Source: a virus. Taken from it: a DNA stretch of 64,000 nt. The notes beneath the pieces are model-generated. The model searched no databases and had not been told where the DNA came from. It was given only the letters and a program-made list of their open reading frames with translations. The position numbers were made by a program, and so were the translations under genes. This document shows positions 37,679-48,600 of this stretch, in pieces; the first letter of the stretch is position 1; the number at the start of each line of letters is the position of its first letter. Location of the stretch: IMG/VR virus record IMGVR_UViG_3300033148_007360, positions 1 to 64,000 of that record; one strand, given 5' to 3'.

Positions 37679-38795
37679 GCCTCATGGTCATGATGATGTG
37701 TTCTCCCGATGGATGTTCAATTTTGACCAAACTCTTTTCAGCACTGTACAGTATCTTTACGCGGCTTGTCGGCACTGTCTTCAGGGCATCAAGGATATAG
37801 TTTCCGTTCAGGCAGATGTGCAAGTCTCCGCCATCCGGTTCTGCTATATTCAGAGCGCGGGATCCCCGTATGTCTTCCAAAGAAGATTTCGCCGTCAGGT
37901 AAAGAGTGGTGCCCTCTGTACGAAAGAAGGTAGTGCCGTCTTCGTTGGTTGCAGATACTTTTTTAACTGTCTGTATAAGCTCATCTTTATTACACGCGAA
38001 AGAGTGAGAACAAGGATGCTCTATATTTTTAACCACGCCGGTCGGGAAGTTGTCCTTTTCGTATGTAACAATTCCCAGGATAAAACCCTCGATGTTAAAC
38101 CAGAAATCCCGCTCGGTCGTTCCAAATTTTATACGTTTTGCGTTGTCGGGTAAAAATCCTAGCACCACCTTGAGCGCTTCGGCGTTCAGCAAGACAGGGT
38201 GGAGCGCGCCTTCACCTTCACACACTCCCCGTTCTCTAGCCAGCCGGTGTCCATCCGTAGCCGTAGCCTGTAAATGACCATTCACTGTTTCAACCAACAC
38301 ATAGTCGAGCATGTAACGCCTATCCCCCTTTTCGGAAACAGCGAAAAGGACATCCGACAAGACCCGCCGCAAATCCTTACTGCTGATGGTGTGAGAGATT
38401 TTCTCAACGTCGCTCTTAACGTCGGGGAGGGGAGGAAACTCGCTCGGTGGAAACCCCTTTATGCTGAAGGAAGTGCCGTCGGTGTCCGTAATCTCTAAGC
38501 TGAATTTACCTGATTCAGGCTCTCCACACTGTTCCAGTTGGAGGGGGCCGTCTGTTCTCTTAACCAACTGCTCCAACTTCCCGGCATCCACGGCGATCCC
38601 TAAAGAAGCATCCACTTCAGCCTCTAGACTTTGATGGATAAGAAATTGCAAGTTTGTTGATGTTAGTTGCAAACCCGCCCCGCCAGTTTCGATAAGAACA
38701 AAACCGAGTATGGGCATGGTGCGAGACTTTTTCTTCATGACTTTCTTGGCGTTCTTCAACGCTGCCAAGAGAGACTTTTTGCCTACTGTAACCAT
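37656..38795 (-). CDS. dnaN: DNA polymerase III beta sliding clamp
   Basis: TMPILG, LTSTNL, EFPPLP, ATDGHRLA, NGNYILDAL, IIMTMR. Confidence 0.9.
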   Translation of the reverse strand: MVTVGKKSLLAALKNAKKVMKKKSRTMPILGFVLIETGGAGLQLTSTNLQFLIHQSLEAEVDASLGIAVDAGKLEQLVKRTDGPLQLEQCGEPESGKFSLEITDTDGTSFSIKGFPPSEFPPLPDVKSDVEKISHTISSKDLRRVLSDVLFAVSEKGDRRYMLDYVLVETVNGHLQATATDGHRLARERGVCEGEGALHPVLLNAEALKVVLGFLPDNAKRIKFGTTERDFWFNIEGFILGIVTYEKDNFPTGVVKNIEHPCSHSFACNKDELIQTVKKVSATNEDGTTFFRTEGTTLYLTAKSSLEDIRGSRALNIAEPDGGDLHICLNGNYILDALKTVPTSRVKILYSAEKSLVKIEHPSGEHIIMTMRHEHEQKV

Positions 38796-38846
38796 TAGTT
38801 CACCTCCCATATCTGACATCTATGGCCCTCGCGCCGCTCTAGTTAC

Positions 38847-38875
38847 AATATAACACATTCTTCCACGGTTGTCAA
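38847..38875 (-). promoter_or_regulatory. sigma70-type promoter
   Basis: TTGACA-17-TATATT with TGTG. Confidence 0.78.
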
Positions 38876-38896
38876 GAGGCAAAACAAGCTTTTTAC

Positions 38897-39310
38897 TTAG
38901 TTGTTGATTATGACCGCTTTTCCGCTTTTATCACGCCCGCTGAAAGATATAGAGCCATTGACAAAGGAAACGGGGTAAAAGTAGTCAATATCCGTTCCAG
39001 TCGGGTTGTTTTCTTCCTTTTGAATTGTGCGATTTGTGAGATACATGGACTTGCACCCGCGGGTAGCCAAGTGGGAAATCAGGAAAGTGATAAACCTGTC
39101 CGCTTCCAGGGATACGTTGGAATAGTTCTTCAATGCACCTCTGCCGGGACAGGAAAAAGAATTGTGGTTGTTGGGGTCGAAAAATGGAGCCAGATCAACC
39201 GCATCCGCGATCGCCTTCCCCAACTTATCGGGGTGGGCTTCGTCTCCGTGATAATAGATATTCCACTGGCTGTTGTCGTCCCGAACTTCAATTAACGCCC
39301 TTAAACCCAT
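38897..39310 (-). CDS. Hypothetical phage protein
   Basis: MGLRALI...IYYHGD...DIDYFY; SD GGAGGT. Confidence 0.72.
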   Translation of the reverse strand: MGLRALIEVRDDNSQWNIYYHGDEAHPDKLGKAIADAVDLAPFFDPNNHNSFSCPGRGALKNYSNVSLEADRFITFLISHLATRGCKSMYLTNRTIQKEENNPTGTDIDYFYPVSFVNGSISFSGRDKSGKAVIINN

Positions 39311-39341
39311 CTTAACTTACCTCCTACCTTGCCTGCTTTCC

Positions 39342-39370
39342 AGTAAAGCGCATGATTGTGAAAACGTCAA
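39342..39370 (-). promoter_or_regulatory. Possible sigma70-type promoter
   Basis: TTGACG-17-TTTACT. Confidence 0.45.
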
Positions 39371-39385
39371 AAAGTCAAGAAACTT

Positions 39386-39646
39386 TTACTCACGATTTTC
39401 ATCGTTATCACCCTCTTCCCCTGAAACCACTCTCACAGGCAGCGGCCCCCCGACTATGTCTTCCAGAGTCAGATGAATATCCCCACAGACGCTGCACCTG
39501 TATCCCCCTGAATCGTAGTAAGCATCCACGACAGCTTTTACCTTGGGACAGAGGTGACGCTTATGCTTTTTTCCTGGAGGAGTTTCTTTTTCATACGCTG
39601 TAAACTCCCCCCATTTTTTGTGGGATTTTACTCGCCCGTCTTTCAT
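39386..39646 (-). CDS. Small zinc-binding protein
   Basis: HLCP...CSVCG. Confidence 0.65.
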   Translation of the reverse strand: MKDGRVKSHKKWGEFTAYEKETPPGKKHKRHLCPKVKAVVDAYYDSGGYRCSVCGDIHLTLEDIVGGPLPVRVVSGEEGDNDENRE

Positions 39647-39678
39647 CGGTGAACCTCTTTTCAATTGTTTTCAAGACG

Positions 39679-39707
39679 ATTATAACACTTTCCTACAAGC
39701 CTGTCAA
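39679..39707 (-). promoter_or_regulatory. Consensus sigma70 promoter
   Basis: TTGACA-17-TATAAT. Confidence 0.88.
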
Positions 39708-39752
39708 TAGACCGATAAAAAAATGTGGTCTGGCCCGCCCTTTTGTGGATTG

Positions 39753-41099
39753 TCAAGAGGGTGAAAAACTTTTTTTGAATTTCAGCGCGTGCCTTTCAAC
39801 TATGCTCATCTTACTGTAATCGGCATCACAATGAACCAACGTGAATTTCCTCCCCCTCCTCGCCTTATCCACCCAAAGCCGCATTTTATCCTCAAGATAT
39901 TCTCTCGGAGACTGATTTACGGAAATGACAAAGTCGGATTCCTGCACTTGCTTCCACGACTCGCCTATCTGCTCTTTGGTTAAAACTTCATCGTCCGCAA
40001 TCTTGACCCGCTGAGCCTGCGCCGCCGTCCACGTGACATATCCTAAGTCGTTTCCCATCCTGCGAAGTTGCTGGTACACAACTCCAAGCGCTCTGTAGGA
40101 ATCTGTTTCATGTTCCTTCGGAAATCTCAAACTCATAGGATAATCTATCACAACTATGTCTGGCGAGAACCCATCCTGTAACTTCAATCGTGACAGGTAC
40201 GCCCTGATTGTATCCGTAGTAGCCTCACGCGGAGGAAAAAATTTAATTCTGAGGTGAGGATCCCTGTTTTCCAAAAGAGCCGCCCGTTGCTGGAACCTTT
40301 CACTCCCCCACAGAACCTCTGTCTGATCCACTTTCAAGAGGTTGGCGGCGCAACGAATCGCGACATCAATTTCATACAAATCCCCTATCGTGATATACAC
40401 CCCTTTATAGCCGAGACGAACAGCATTACAGATGACGTTTGTTAAATATGAACTCTTTCCCCCGCCCGATACTCCGATTACACAGCAAATATCTCCTCTG
40501 GCCGGGCCTCCCAGCAGCGCCGCATCAATGGATTCATACCCGGACGGAATCTTCCGCTCCTGCGATATAGTCTCTTGAGCGGCCAGGGACGGTATCGAGG
40601 TTATCTCCCGCCCGAAGTTCAACCCGAAAGATCCGACCTGTTCTCCCGTGCACAGGGCACGTTGCAACTCGAACGGAGCATCCGACAAGTCCTTCCCATC
40701 CCTCCACTTGCTGGAAATCTTATATATTGCTTCTTTAACCGCTTGCCTTTTTGCAAAATCAACCACTCGGTCAATAACCGGATCTCTGTCCTCCAACGGA
40801 AGTTCAAAGCAGCGATTCAAGGTTTTCAGCGCCGCATCCAGTTGCCGGTTCCCTACGGATTTCCTTTCAGCGTACTCCAACAGTTCCGCTTCTAGAGTCG
40901 CACGATTCACGGGATGACCGTACTTCTCCCTGGCCTTGAAGGCTACCTTCGCCAAGAGGGATAAATCCGTAAAGTCGAATCTTTCGGGTGGAATTATAGG
41001 ACTGTAGTTTTCAAGAAAGGCGGGGTCTCTTATGAGAAAAGAAAGAATGGATTGTTGGAATTCGTATGGAAACGGGTAGCGTCCACTGCCTGAAGCCAT
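39753..41099 (-). CDS. DnaB/gp41-like replicative helicase
   Basis: GVSGGGKS, VVIDY, WTAAQ, DKARRG; start reset to MASGSG. Confidence 0.92.
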   Translation of the reverse strand: MASGSGRYPFPYEFQQSILSFLIRDPAFLENYSPIIPPERFDFTDLSLLAKVAFKAREKYGHPVNRATLEAELLEYAERKSVGNRQLDAALKTLNRCFELPLEDRDPVIDRVVDFAKRQAVKEAIYKISSKWRDGKDLSDAPFELQRALCTGEQVGSFGLNFGREITSIPSLAAQETISQERKIPSGYESIDAALLGGPARGDICCVIGVSGGGKSSYLTNVICNAVRLGYKGVYITIGDLYEIDVAIRCAANLLKVDQTEVLWGSERFQQRAALLENRDPHLRIKFFPPREATTDTIRAYLSRLKLQDGFSPDIVVIDYPMSLRFPKEHETDSYRALGVVYQQLRRMGNDLGYVTWTAAQAQRVKIADDEVLTKEQIGESWKQVQESDFVISVNQSPREYLEDKMRLWVDKARRGRKFTLVHCDADYSKMSIVERHALKFKKSFSPS

Positions 41100-41107
41100 C
41101 AATATAC

Positions 41108-41218
41108 CTCCAGAAAGCCCACATTTCGTTTGTGTGGCGTTTTTTCTCCCTGAAGGGGGGTTACCCCTTGATTGAAAATAAAAGCGGCTCACAAGGCGAT
41201 TGTGAAGCCCGTGAGCCG
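41108..41218. repeat. Dispersed ~110-bp imperfect palindrome, copy D
   Basis: ccagaaagcccacatttcgtttgtgtggcgtttttt...aagggggg tta cccctt...gcgattgtgaagc. Confidence 0.82.
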
Positions 41219-41229
41219 TTAATTTGAAG

Positions 41230-41514
41230 TTACTGGGATAAAGACCGGTCTGTTGCGGAAAGTTTGTCCGTATCGTTCCACAACTCCCTGCGCTTTTTTA
41301 CTTGTTCTAGCAGTTTTCTGCAACTTTGCTCATAGTATTTAATCGCAAGTTTTTCAAGAGCAGCATAGACTTCGTCGGGGTCGTCTCCCTTGCGGACTTC
41401 AGCCTCCACGATACCGCTCTCCGGTTTCAGATTTTCATAATTTCCGATGTTGATGGAACCTGTCATAACCACCCTGATTTTCTTGATTCTTTCCTTGACT
41501 TCCTCTTCCGTCAT
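41230..41514 (-). CDS. Hypothetical phage protein
   Basis: INIGNYE motif. Confidence 0.7.
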   Translation of the reverse strand: MTEEEVKERIKKIRVVMTGSINIGNYENLKPESGIVEAEVRKGDDPDEVYAALEKLAIKYYEQSCRKLLEQVKKRRELWNDTDKLSATDRSLSQ

Positions 41515-42992
41515 AAGTTCTCCCTCCCTTCATCGGCTTTTTCCAATAGGTTCTCATACTCCACCTCGAAATATCCCTCGCTTTCACACACCTCCTTTCT
41601 CGCCTGTGATTGAGCCTTGAGCCAGAAATGATGATGGTCTACAAAATCCACTAAGAACAACCTGTTATCCTTTTTCGGCCTCAGCCCACGGCCATATCGC
41701 TGTATATGCCGCCTCCACTTCCTGCCCGCACCGGCCAGTATAAGCGCATCAATAAACGGGAAATCAACTCCCTCGTCCATGACCGAGCTTCCGATTATAA
41801 TGAATCTTTCCTCCCCGCGCAACTCTGAAAGAATTGTATTGTAATCCCATTGTGAACGTGTCATCCCCCTGTGGTCACACGTATGAGCAGTATTACCGCC
41901 GCTGAGAAACCAGACGTTGCTCAAATCATTCTTGCAATCGGCAAGTAACCGCAACAAGTTCCGCCCGTGCTCGATTCTGTTCACGAATATCAGTACCCTG
42001 CGCCCCCTTTTCCACAAATCCACGGCGGTTTCCACTACCAATCGGTTCCTTTCGAGTTGATAGACTATTCCGGTATCGTAGACGGTATGCCAACTCCAAC
42101 TGGTCAACATCGGGGCGCGGTAGTCCCGCAGGGAATAATAAACTTCAGCCAAATACCCATTTTTCCTAAGATATTCACTTGATAAGACAACCAGCGGAGG
42201 GCCTGTGTGACCTATAACCATCATATCCGCATAGGATACCCGCTTCCGGTCGTCTCTCAAGAAGGGAGTCAAGCCGAATCTCCAAGCCGCGGGGGTGGCA
42301 TTGGAAACCGCCGTCCACATGCCCGATGACAGATGATGCGCTTCATCCACGATGATTACATCCCGGCTTTCCAGCACCTTCAACACGTTTCGATCGTTCA
42401 GTTTAGAAAAGATACCCTTTACATTAGCAACGATTATATCTTTATGAAGTTGAAACTTGCCGCCACCAACCTCTCCCACCGATTCTAAACCACGAGTTTT
42501 AAACCTGGATGCCGTTTGAGTCCGCTGGGCCGTGGTATCACAAAGAAACAGAGACTTGGTAAATTTTCCGGTTTCATATCCGTATTTCAGAAAAGCTGCG
42601 GCAATTTCCGTCTTCCCGCTACCTGTTGGTATCGTAATCAACCCCCGCCCAACCGCCAGCATCTTCTCCACAGCACGGATTTGATAATCCCTTAACTTGC
42701 TGCCGTCTTCAAAATACAATATATCCTTTTCGATGGGTTGGGGGAGAGAGCCGAAATCAGTTTCATCATCATCATCATCACCCTCGCTCGCCACATCCAC
42801 CCCCAAATCCTGTGCGGTAGATTTTATAAGATAGAGAAGACCTGTATGAAAGCTCCCATCTTCTCCAATAACGGAATGGTACTCCCCATCGGAGTCGGGG
42901 AAAACCAAGTGGTCTCTTAATGCGAGGACGGCGTGCGGGTCTCCAGTTAAAGTCGAAACTACCGGCCCCGTTTTTAAACCAACAGACCCCAT
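41511..42992 (-). CDS. SF2 DEAH helicase (UvsW-like)
   Basis: LRDYQ, PTGSGKT, DEAH, EGVD, QRYGRGLR. Confidence 0.93.
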   Translation of the reverse strand: MGSVGLKTGPVVSTLTGDPHAVLALRDHLVFPDSDGEYHSVIGEDGSFHTGLLYLIKSTAQDLGVDVASEGDDDDDETDFGSLPQPIEKDILYFEDGSKLRDYQIRAVEKMLAVGRGLITIPTGSGKTEIAAAFLKYGYETGKFTKSLFLCDTTAQRTQTASRFKTRGLESVGEVGGGKFQLHKDIIVANVKGIFSKLNDRNVLKVLESRDVIIVDEAHHLSSGMWTAVSNATPAAWRFGLTPFLRDDRKRVSYADMMVIGHTGPPLVVLSSEYLRKNGYLAEVYYSLRDYRAPMLTSWSWHTVYDTGIVYQLERNRLVVETAVDLWKRGRRVLIFVNRIEHGRNLLRLLADCKNDLSNVWFLSGGNTAHTCDHRGMTRSQWDYNTILSELRGEERFIIIGSSVMDEGVDFPFIDALILAGAGRKWRRHIQRYGRGLRPKKDNRLFLVDFVDHHHFWLKAQSQARKEVCESEGYFEVEYENLLEKADEGRENL

Positions 42993-43762
42993 GACTTTAC
43001 AGCACATCCACCTCTGTGTAACTCCACCGGAAGGAGGGGATAACAATAACTGCCTGAACACTGTGCTTTCAGATAAACCCTCCCCTCCCATAATGAACGA
43101 TAGATGTCATTATAACAGGAAATCGGGTGATGTGCAAGAGCCGCTTCCGATGAATCGAATATCGCACTCGGTCCTATCTGCCCGTCTCTTAAATCAAGAA
43201 GCGCCTCTGCTCTCTTGTACGCCGACTTTGGCTGTGTTATGCCGTCGAGATCACTGGCAACTTTCATTCCCAGAAGAATTGCAAACGTTGTACCGGTAAT
43301 GGTTTCATATTGCAGCCCACGACTCGTTTTTTGAGGAGGGCAGAGCCATGAAATAAACTCCGCCGTAACATAATCCACAATCATCAGGGGAAACTTCGCT
43401 ACAAATACGTTTACCACGTACTTCAATGATGTCTGAACTTCAGGCGTCTCCACCTCCGTGGGGGCATTCATCAAGCGATAAGCCGCCCAGTGCTCTTTGA
43501 CACTCCACGGGAAACCGTTTGTCTGGGGATGTTGTCGCGCTCCTACGGAATCGAGCCACTTCAAATCACTCTCGACCATGAAAAAAGGATCCAAGTCGGG
43601 AGGTAATTTACCGAAGTATTGTCGGAAGTACCCTTCCGTATCGGTAAGATACTGCCACGCAGCCGCCAACTGCTGTTGATAGTCGAACTTCTCGTATCCG
43701 GGCGGCGGAAAGTACTTACGTCTTCCGCCAAACGGATCTTCAAGCACCCCCTGTATCATCAT
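42974..43762 (-). CDS. Hypothetical protein
   Basis: SD GGAGG; long ORF. Confidence 0.7.
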   Translation of the reverse strand: MMIQGVLEDPFGGRRKYFPPPGYEKFDYQQQLAAAWQYLTDTEGYFRQYFGKLPPDLDPFFMVESDLKWLDSVGARQHPQTNGFPWSVKEHWAAYRLMNAPTEVETPEVQTSLKYVVNVFVAKFPLMIVDYVTAEFISWLCPPQKTSRGLQYETITGTTFAILLGMKVASDLDGITQPKSAYKRAEALLDLRDGQIGPSAIFDSSEAALAHHPISCYNDIYRSLWEGRVYLKAQCSGSYCYPLLPVELHRGGCAVKSWGLLV

Positions 43763-44063
43763 TACCCCCTCCTCCACCTTTTGATTCAAGATGATTCTCC
43801 ACACCCCCACCATTCGGATTCAAATATCTGGACGCATCAGTGAGTAGTCCAATAAGATGATCAATGTCATTCGGTTTGTAGTTCGGGCCGCGCTTCCAGA
43901 AAAACTTCCCGGTGTTCTTGTCACGCACACGCCTGTAAAGAACCACGTCGAAATACACGGACGGGTCTCCGTCCCCGTGCTGCACTACATTCTCGAAGAT
44001 AGACAACTTGAGATGGGGATGTTCATAAGATCGCACTTGTCGGCTACTTACTACCTCTCCCAT
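43740..44063 (-). CDS. Small hypothetical protein (possible ssDNA binding)
   Basis: SIFEN...VVLYRR..D...W. Confidence 0.55.
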   Translation of the reverse strand: MGEVVSSRQVRSYEHPHLKLSIFENVVQHGDGDPSVYFDVVLYRRVRDKNTGKFFWKRGPNYKPNDIDHLIGLLTDASRYLNPNGGGVENHLESKGGGGGNDDTGGA

Positions 44064-45625
44064 CGCTCCTTGCCCTTCAGTTCCGGCGATTCCTTCCGAA
44101 ACGATTCCGATTTCGGAAGTTCGTCCACCTCTTCGTACAGTGTCTTGTTGATTATCTCACGCTTTTCTCCATCGGACTCCATTGGAGATTCCTTTGAAGT
44201 GAGTTTTCTTATTTCTGAGTCGGAGAGGTGGAGCACATTACGCAGGACATATTCCGTCCACGCTGTTTCGTCCAGTCCCAAATCCCTGCCAACTCGGTTT
44301 ATCTTGTCTGCAACATCAATCCTTGCTGCAAAAGCGTCCATGCGCTCCATTTCTTCAAGGGAACTCGGAGGCTCGAATTCCAAAGTAAAAGCATTCCCCG
44401 CTGTTATCCGGTCATGCGGGAACCCCCTGACCGCCAAGTGTATCTGGCAGAGTCTTCTTAGACCTTCATGCAATCCCCTCTGAAGCAAAGCCGCCCTCCG
44501 CGAAAACTTAATATCCTGGGAAGACAAAGTCTTGTTTGTTTCCACGCTGCTGCGATCACCCCCATAACCGAAAAACGCAGGAGATGCACCCACCGAGCTG
44601 AACATTTCCTTTATCACGTGGTCGTAGTCAACCGCTTCCTTGATATTCACATTCGGCCCTGGGAGCCTTTGAGGTTTCTCGCCCCTGCCCTCTGCGTTAT
44701 AAGGCCATATGACAGCTTCAGAAAATGTAAAGGGATCTATCTCGGTCAGATACCTCCCGTCTCTCCTGTTTCTGTATACATTATGTAACAACCAGTTTGA
44801 CCACTTTTGCATAATGCTGACTTGCTCAACCGGATCAGCCATCCCCACATCCACGGGATAAAGAATCCGGTCTATGGTTGATAAAATACGAAACACGAGA
44901 AAGAGTCGGGAAAAAATGTCCTTCCGACTTGCCGGGAGGTAGGCTCTTGCAATAAGGGAAGTGCCATAGGACGCATTTGACTCCCCCGCATATGACTTTT
45001 CAAAACGCACCCGGAAATGAACCAGCTCCCAGGGCTTGATCTTAGGCCCGTTGTTTTTGATACTATCATCAACAGTACCTGTATAACCTCCCCCGGTGGA
45101 AACCTCGAACCCCAAGAGCCTGCCGCTATCATCCTCTACCCTTTTGACATCTCCGGGGTGAATCCACCGGACTCCGACTATACCCGGATTTTCCTTACCG
45201 ATCTTGTTTCCTCCAAAGACCGGACAAAGTATATCATCTCCATACTTGGCAAGATCATAAGCCTGACCCGTGATCCAAGAGTCAAGTTCTATCCGAGCAA
45301 ATAGTTGATTCAACTCTTTCTTTATGTTGGAATCCGAACTCTTTACGACGACCTCCCCTCGTGTAGCATCCAGTGCCAGTTGCTCCAGTACAGCTCCGAG
45401 AGAGGGTGCTTTCTGGATCATGCGGTCGAGTTCTTCGTACCTGTACCTGCGGATTTTAGGTAAAGCATATGCCGCATCTACATCCCTTGAAAATGAAGGG
45501 GAACTCCTGGTTCTGTAGAGATCCGAAATGGCATCAAGAAGCTCCTGTGATACCAGAGCTTGGCTTTTACCTGAAAACGCCGTTGTTAAAGCATTCTTAA
45601 ATCTTTTTGCCAGAGAATCCGCCAT
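44051..45625 (-). CDS. Portal protein (T4 gp20-like)
   Basis: LAKYGD, WELVHFR, YGTSLI, VDVG, LSSQDIKFSR. Confidence 0.9.
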   Translation of the reverse strand: MADSLAKRFKNALTTAFSGKSQALVSQELLDAISDLYRTRSSPSFSRDVDAAYALPKIRRYRYEELDRMIQKAPSLGAVLEQLALDATRGEVVVKSSDSNIKKELNQLFARIELDSWITGQAYDLAKYGDDILCPVFGGNKIGKENPGIVGVRWIHPGDVKRVEDDSGRLLGFEVSTGGGYTGTVDDSIKNNGPKIKPWELVHFRVRFEKSYAGESNASYGTSLIARAYLPASRKDIFSRLFLVFRILSTIDRILYPVDVGMADPVEQVSIMQKWSNWLLHNVYRNRRDGRYLTEIDPFTFSEAVIWPYNAEGRGEKPQRLPGPNVNIKEAVDYDHVIKEMFSSVGASPAFFGYGGDRSSVETNKTLSSQDIKFSRRAALLQRGLHEGLRRLCQIHLAVRGFPHDRITAGNAFTLEFEPPSSLEEMERMDAFAARIDVADKINRVGRDLGLDETAWTEYVLRNVLHLSDSEIRKLTSKESPMESDGEKREIINKTLYEEVDELPKSESFRKESPELKGKERWER

Positions 45626-45637
45626 GAGTTACCTCCA

Positions 45638-48600
45638 TTATCCGCTTGACCCGGTTTCAAATTCACCATCCCGAATCCACAAGTTCCATTTTGCAAAAGT
45701 AAGAAAATCTAACCTATAGTCCAGTACAGGGTAGTTGTCAGCGTTGTTGCCCGTGATGCCGGTTCCATAGTATATGCTGTCCGTGGCAGAAGCATACCTA
45801 CCCGGATCTTCATAAACTCCCCACGGATGCAGCGGGTAGTTCTGATTCCACTTCACATTTATATTCCCGTTAGCATCTGTGACCAGAGTATCTACTATGT
45901 TGCCAAAGTGAACACTACGAAAGTTTGTGCGTGGTTTGCTGCCACTATACCAGCCGGGAGCATAGAAAAAATATGCTTGGGTGGCCAATGATTTTACCGT
46001 ATTGCCGAAAATTACATGCGGTAATGCGTACCCACGTCCAAATGGCGTACCCTCGGAATGACCAAGTGTTATAACATTATTCCCCACGATGCTGTTTTCA
46101 GAATCGAGGTTTATTACCCCCAAATCCTTGTAAAACTCCCCACTGTAAGACGTTGTCCAGAAACCCTTACACCTGTCGAATATATGATTATCAACAACTA
46201 TCGCCATAGACCGATCATTGGAGAAAGAGTCCTCTGTCCCGAATTGGATCAGAGGTGCTAGTTTATCCGTTTCCAGATGACTCCCACGATTTATCTTGTT
46301 GTCATGCAGAACTAACGTTGAGACGGGATTCTTGTAAGAGGATGACCAGCCGTCCAATGGAGTAATCCCAGGAATGCTGAAAAAACTTACAAAAGTTCCA
46401 GGTGTATTGTTGTATGATATATTAAACAACCCCAACCCGTAAGCATTTGGATTTCCCGTCTTGGCCACACTAACAATACCCGGAGGGTCTGGCGAAAATG
46501 ACGCCCCTTCTGAACCAAAGTTGCGCTCTACCTCTGTTATGTACGTCGGGGTGGATACGCCGGGAAACATCGCCGCTACATCATCTCCAGATCCAAACGG
46601 GCCAACAGGCAAACGTTCCCATGAGACGCCGTCAAAATGTGCAATGTACCCTTCGTCACCGCTTATGAAAAGTTCAATACCAGCTTCTGATTCATTACCC
46701 TGAATAGCATGCAGCACGGGGATGTATCCATTCGGCCCGTCTGGAAGGTCAGCGGTTATATCCGACCACTCGACCCCATCGTAGTACTTGCATTCCCCCC
46801 TCTCTGTACTCCGGTTACGTCCGACAATATAGATGTTATTCACCGAAGAAGCCCACGTGTCATGGAATGCTACATCGTAACCAAAGGAGTGGTCAGTCCA
46901 ACTACTGCCATCATACACAAATACAGCTCCCTGATAAGCACTAGTGGCAGTTACCAGCCTACCAGCAGTTACAACACAAGTCTTCGAAGCGACCCAGATA
47001 GAATACAGTATGCAATACCGATAACTTCCCGGAAGATGATGATGAACGATGCTATCACCATCAAATTGCATTACTGTTGAGGGCGAAGCACCCGAGTCGT
47101 TTGAACAAAATCCTGTCAGCCATACGTTATTCTCCCCGCTCCCATGAATGTCAATTACTGGCCGGTCTTCGGCATACCAGCGAGTAATTACACCATCAGA
47201 TACGGTTCCGAACGTCAGCCGATGGCCAGATCCCCGTTTAAGGGCACAGAATACAAAAATTTTATCTGAGGATGTATTCTCTGCATAACATCCCAGAGCC
47301 AGCATATCCCCTGCCTGCACATCTACAAGATCGTCTGTGTAAGTCCACTCTTTCCCATCAGGCATAGACTGTATATGTACGTCAATACGGTTAGCCACCT
47401 CTAAAGATTCGCTGATTCCGGTAACAACTAGAACCCTACCCTCGGATGGGATTGAACAAAAGCCGTGGTAGGGATGTCTATGTGTCCAGTAATCTGCCCG
47501 TATTGAATTCACTTTCTTCCAAGAGGTTCCATCAAAGAGAAAAATTTGCAAAAAATCCGTGTCCGACCTTACATCGGCAACATAGAGTCCTCCTGGCTCC
47601 GCGGGAGGCCCCATGACCTTTTCTTCTCCACATTCATTTTTAGACAACCACAAACCATGACAGGCTTGAACACCTATAGTCCTCCCCCCTATCGCGGTAG
47701 ATCCCGCAAGGATAGAGCTGCTGATACTCGCACCCATCCGGTATACCATCAAGTCTGAATTGTTGCTGGTTCCCACGGTCTTTGCGAAGTGCTCCAAGTC
47801 ACCGTAAAGATTTTCGTTATCAATCACCGACACTACCCTGCCACGCCCATCGCCTGCACGGAGATAGTCGCCCGGCTTTATGTTAGAATTCACAAAAGAT
47901 CCACCGGGCAGGGAGACTAAACTTGAACCTGCCGTAGTCTGTGCTCCCCCGCTCACCCAAATACCGGCGTCAAACACAATCCATGAATGCCCCGAAAACG
48001 TGATCTTGGGGTTACCTATACCACGAATTACGGTTCCTGAAGCGGGTTGAATTGTAGTTCCAACTGTATATTCTGTATAAGGGTCGCCGAGGACAAGAAT
48101 TTCTGCTCCAGGATTCTCGGAGATCGCATCCTCCAAATCGCTGTACCTCGCCCTATCCCACGTCTTACTCACTATAATCGGCCCATTATGTAAAAAAGAT
48201 GCTACCTCGGTCAAGCCCGCAACGTAGGCAAGGGCGGATTCAATGGATGTCACACCAGCTACTCCAACAGTAGCACCTACCAAAGCAGCACCATTGGATG
48301 ATGACAGTTCAGAAATAGTATAGTATCTGCTGTCGTGCCCCGTCATTCCCACAGTAGTTGTTAGTGAAAAGTGTGACTGGAGTATCCCACCGTGTGCAAC
48401 AGCGTGAACAGTTATCCATTCTGTTACTCCTGGAACTTGCCCAAACACCAAAAGTGTAGATTCGGGGTTATTGACAAGAGAGTGTTTCAAAGCGCTGGCA
48501 GACTCGAAATCCCATGCAGTTGTCGTACTCCCTCCTACCATCATGTATCGGTAATCTGCGCGGATTATCTCGTTAACCGAATCGGAATCAACCCCCCGTG

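Noticed and set aside
41100-41192. N-terminal extension of the helicase given by the ORF track (also 5203-5226 and 36658-36751)
   Set aside because: These are read-through of the intergenic palindrome; SD-supported starts lie downstream
5370-42785. Near-identical GAGGGYGATGATGATGATGATGAA (EGDDDDDE) at ~5375 and ~42765
   Set aside because: Low-complexity acidic codon runs; probably coincidental
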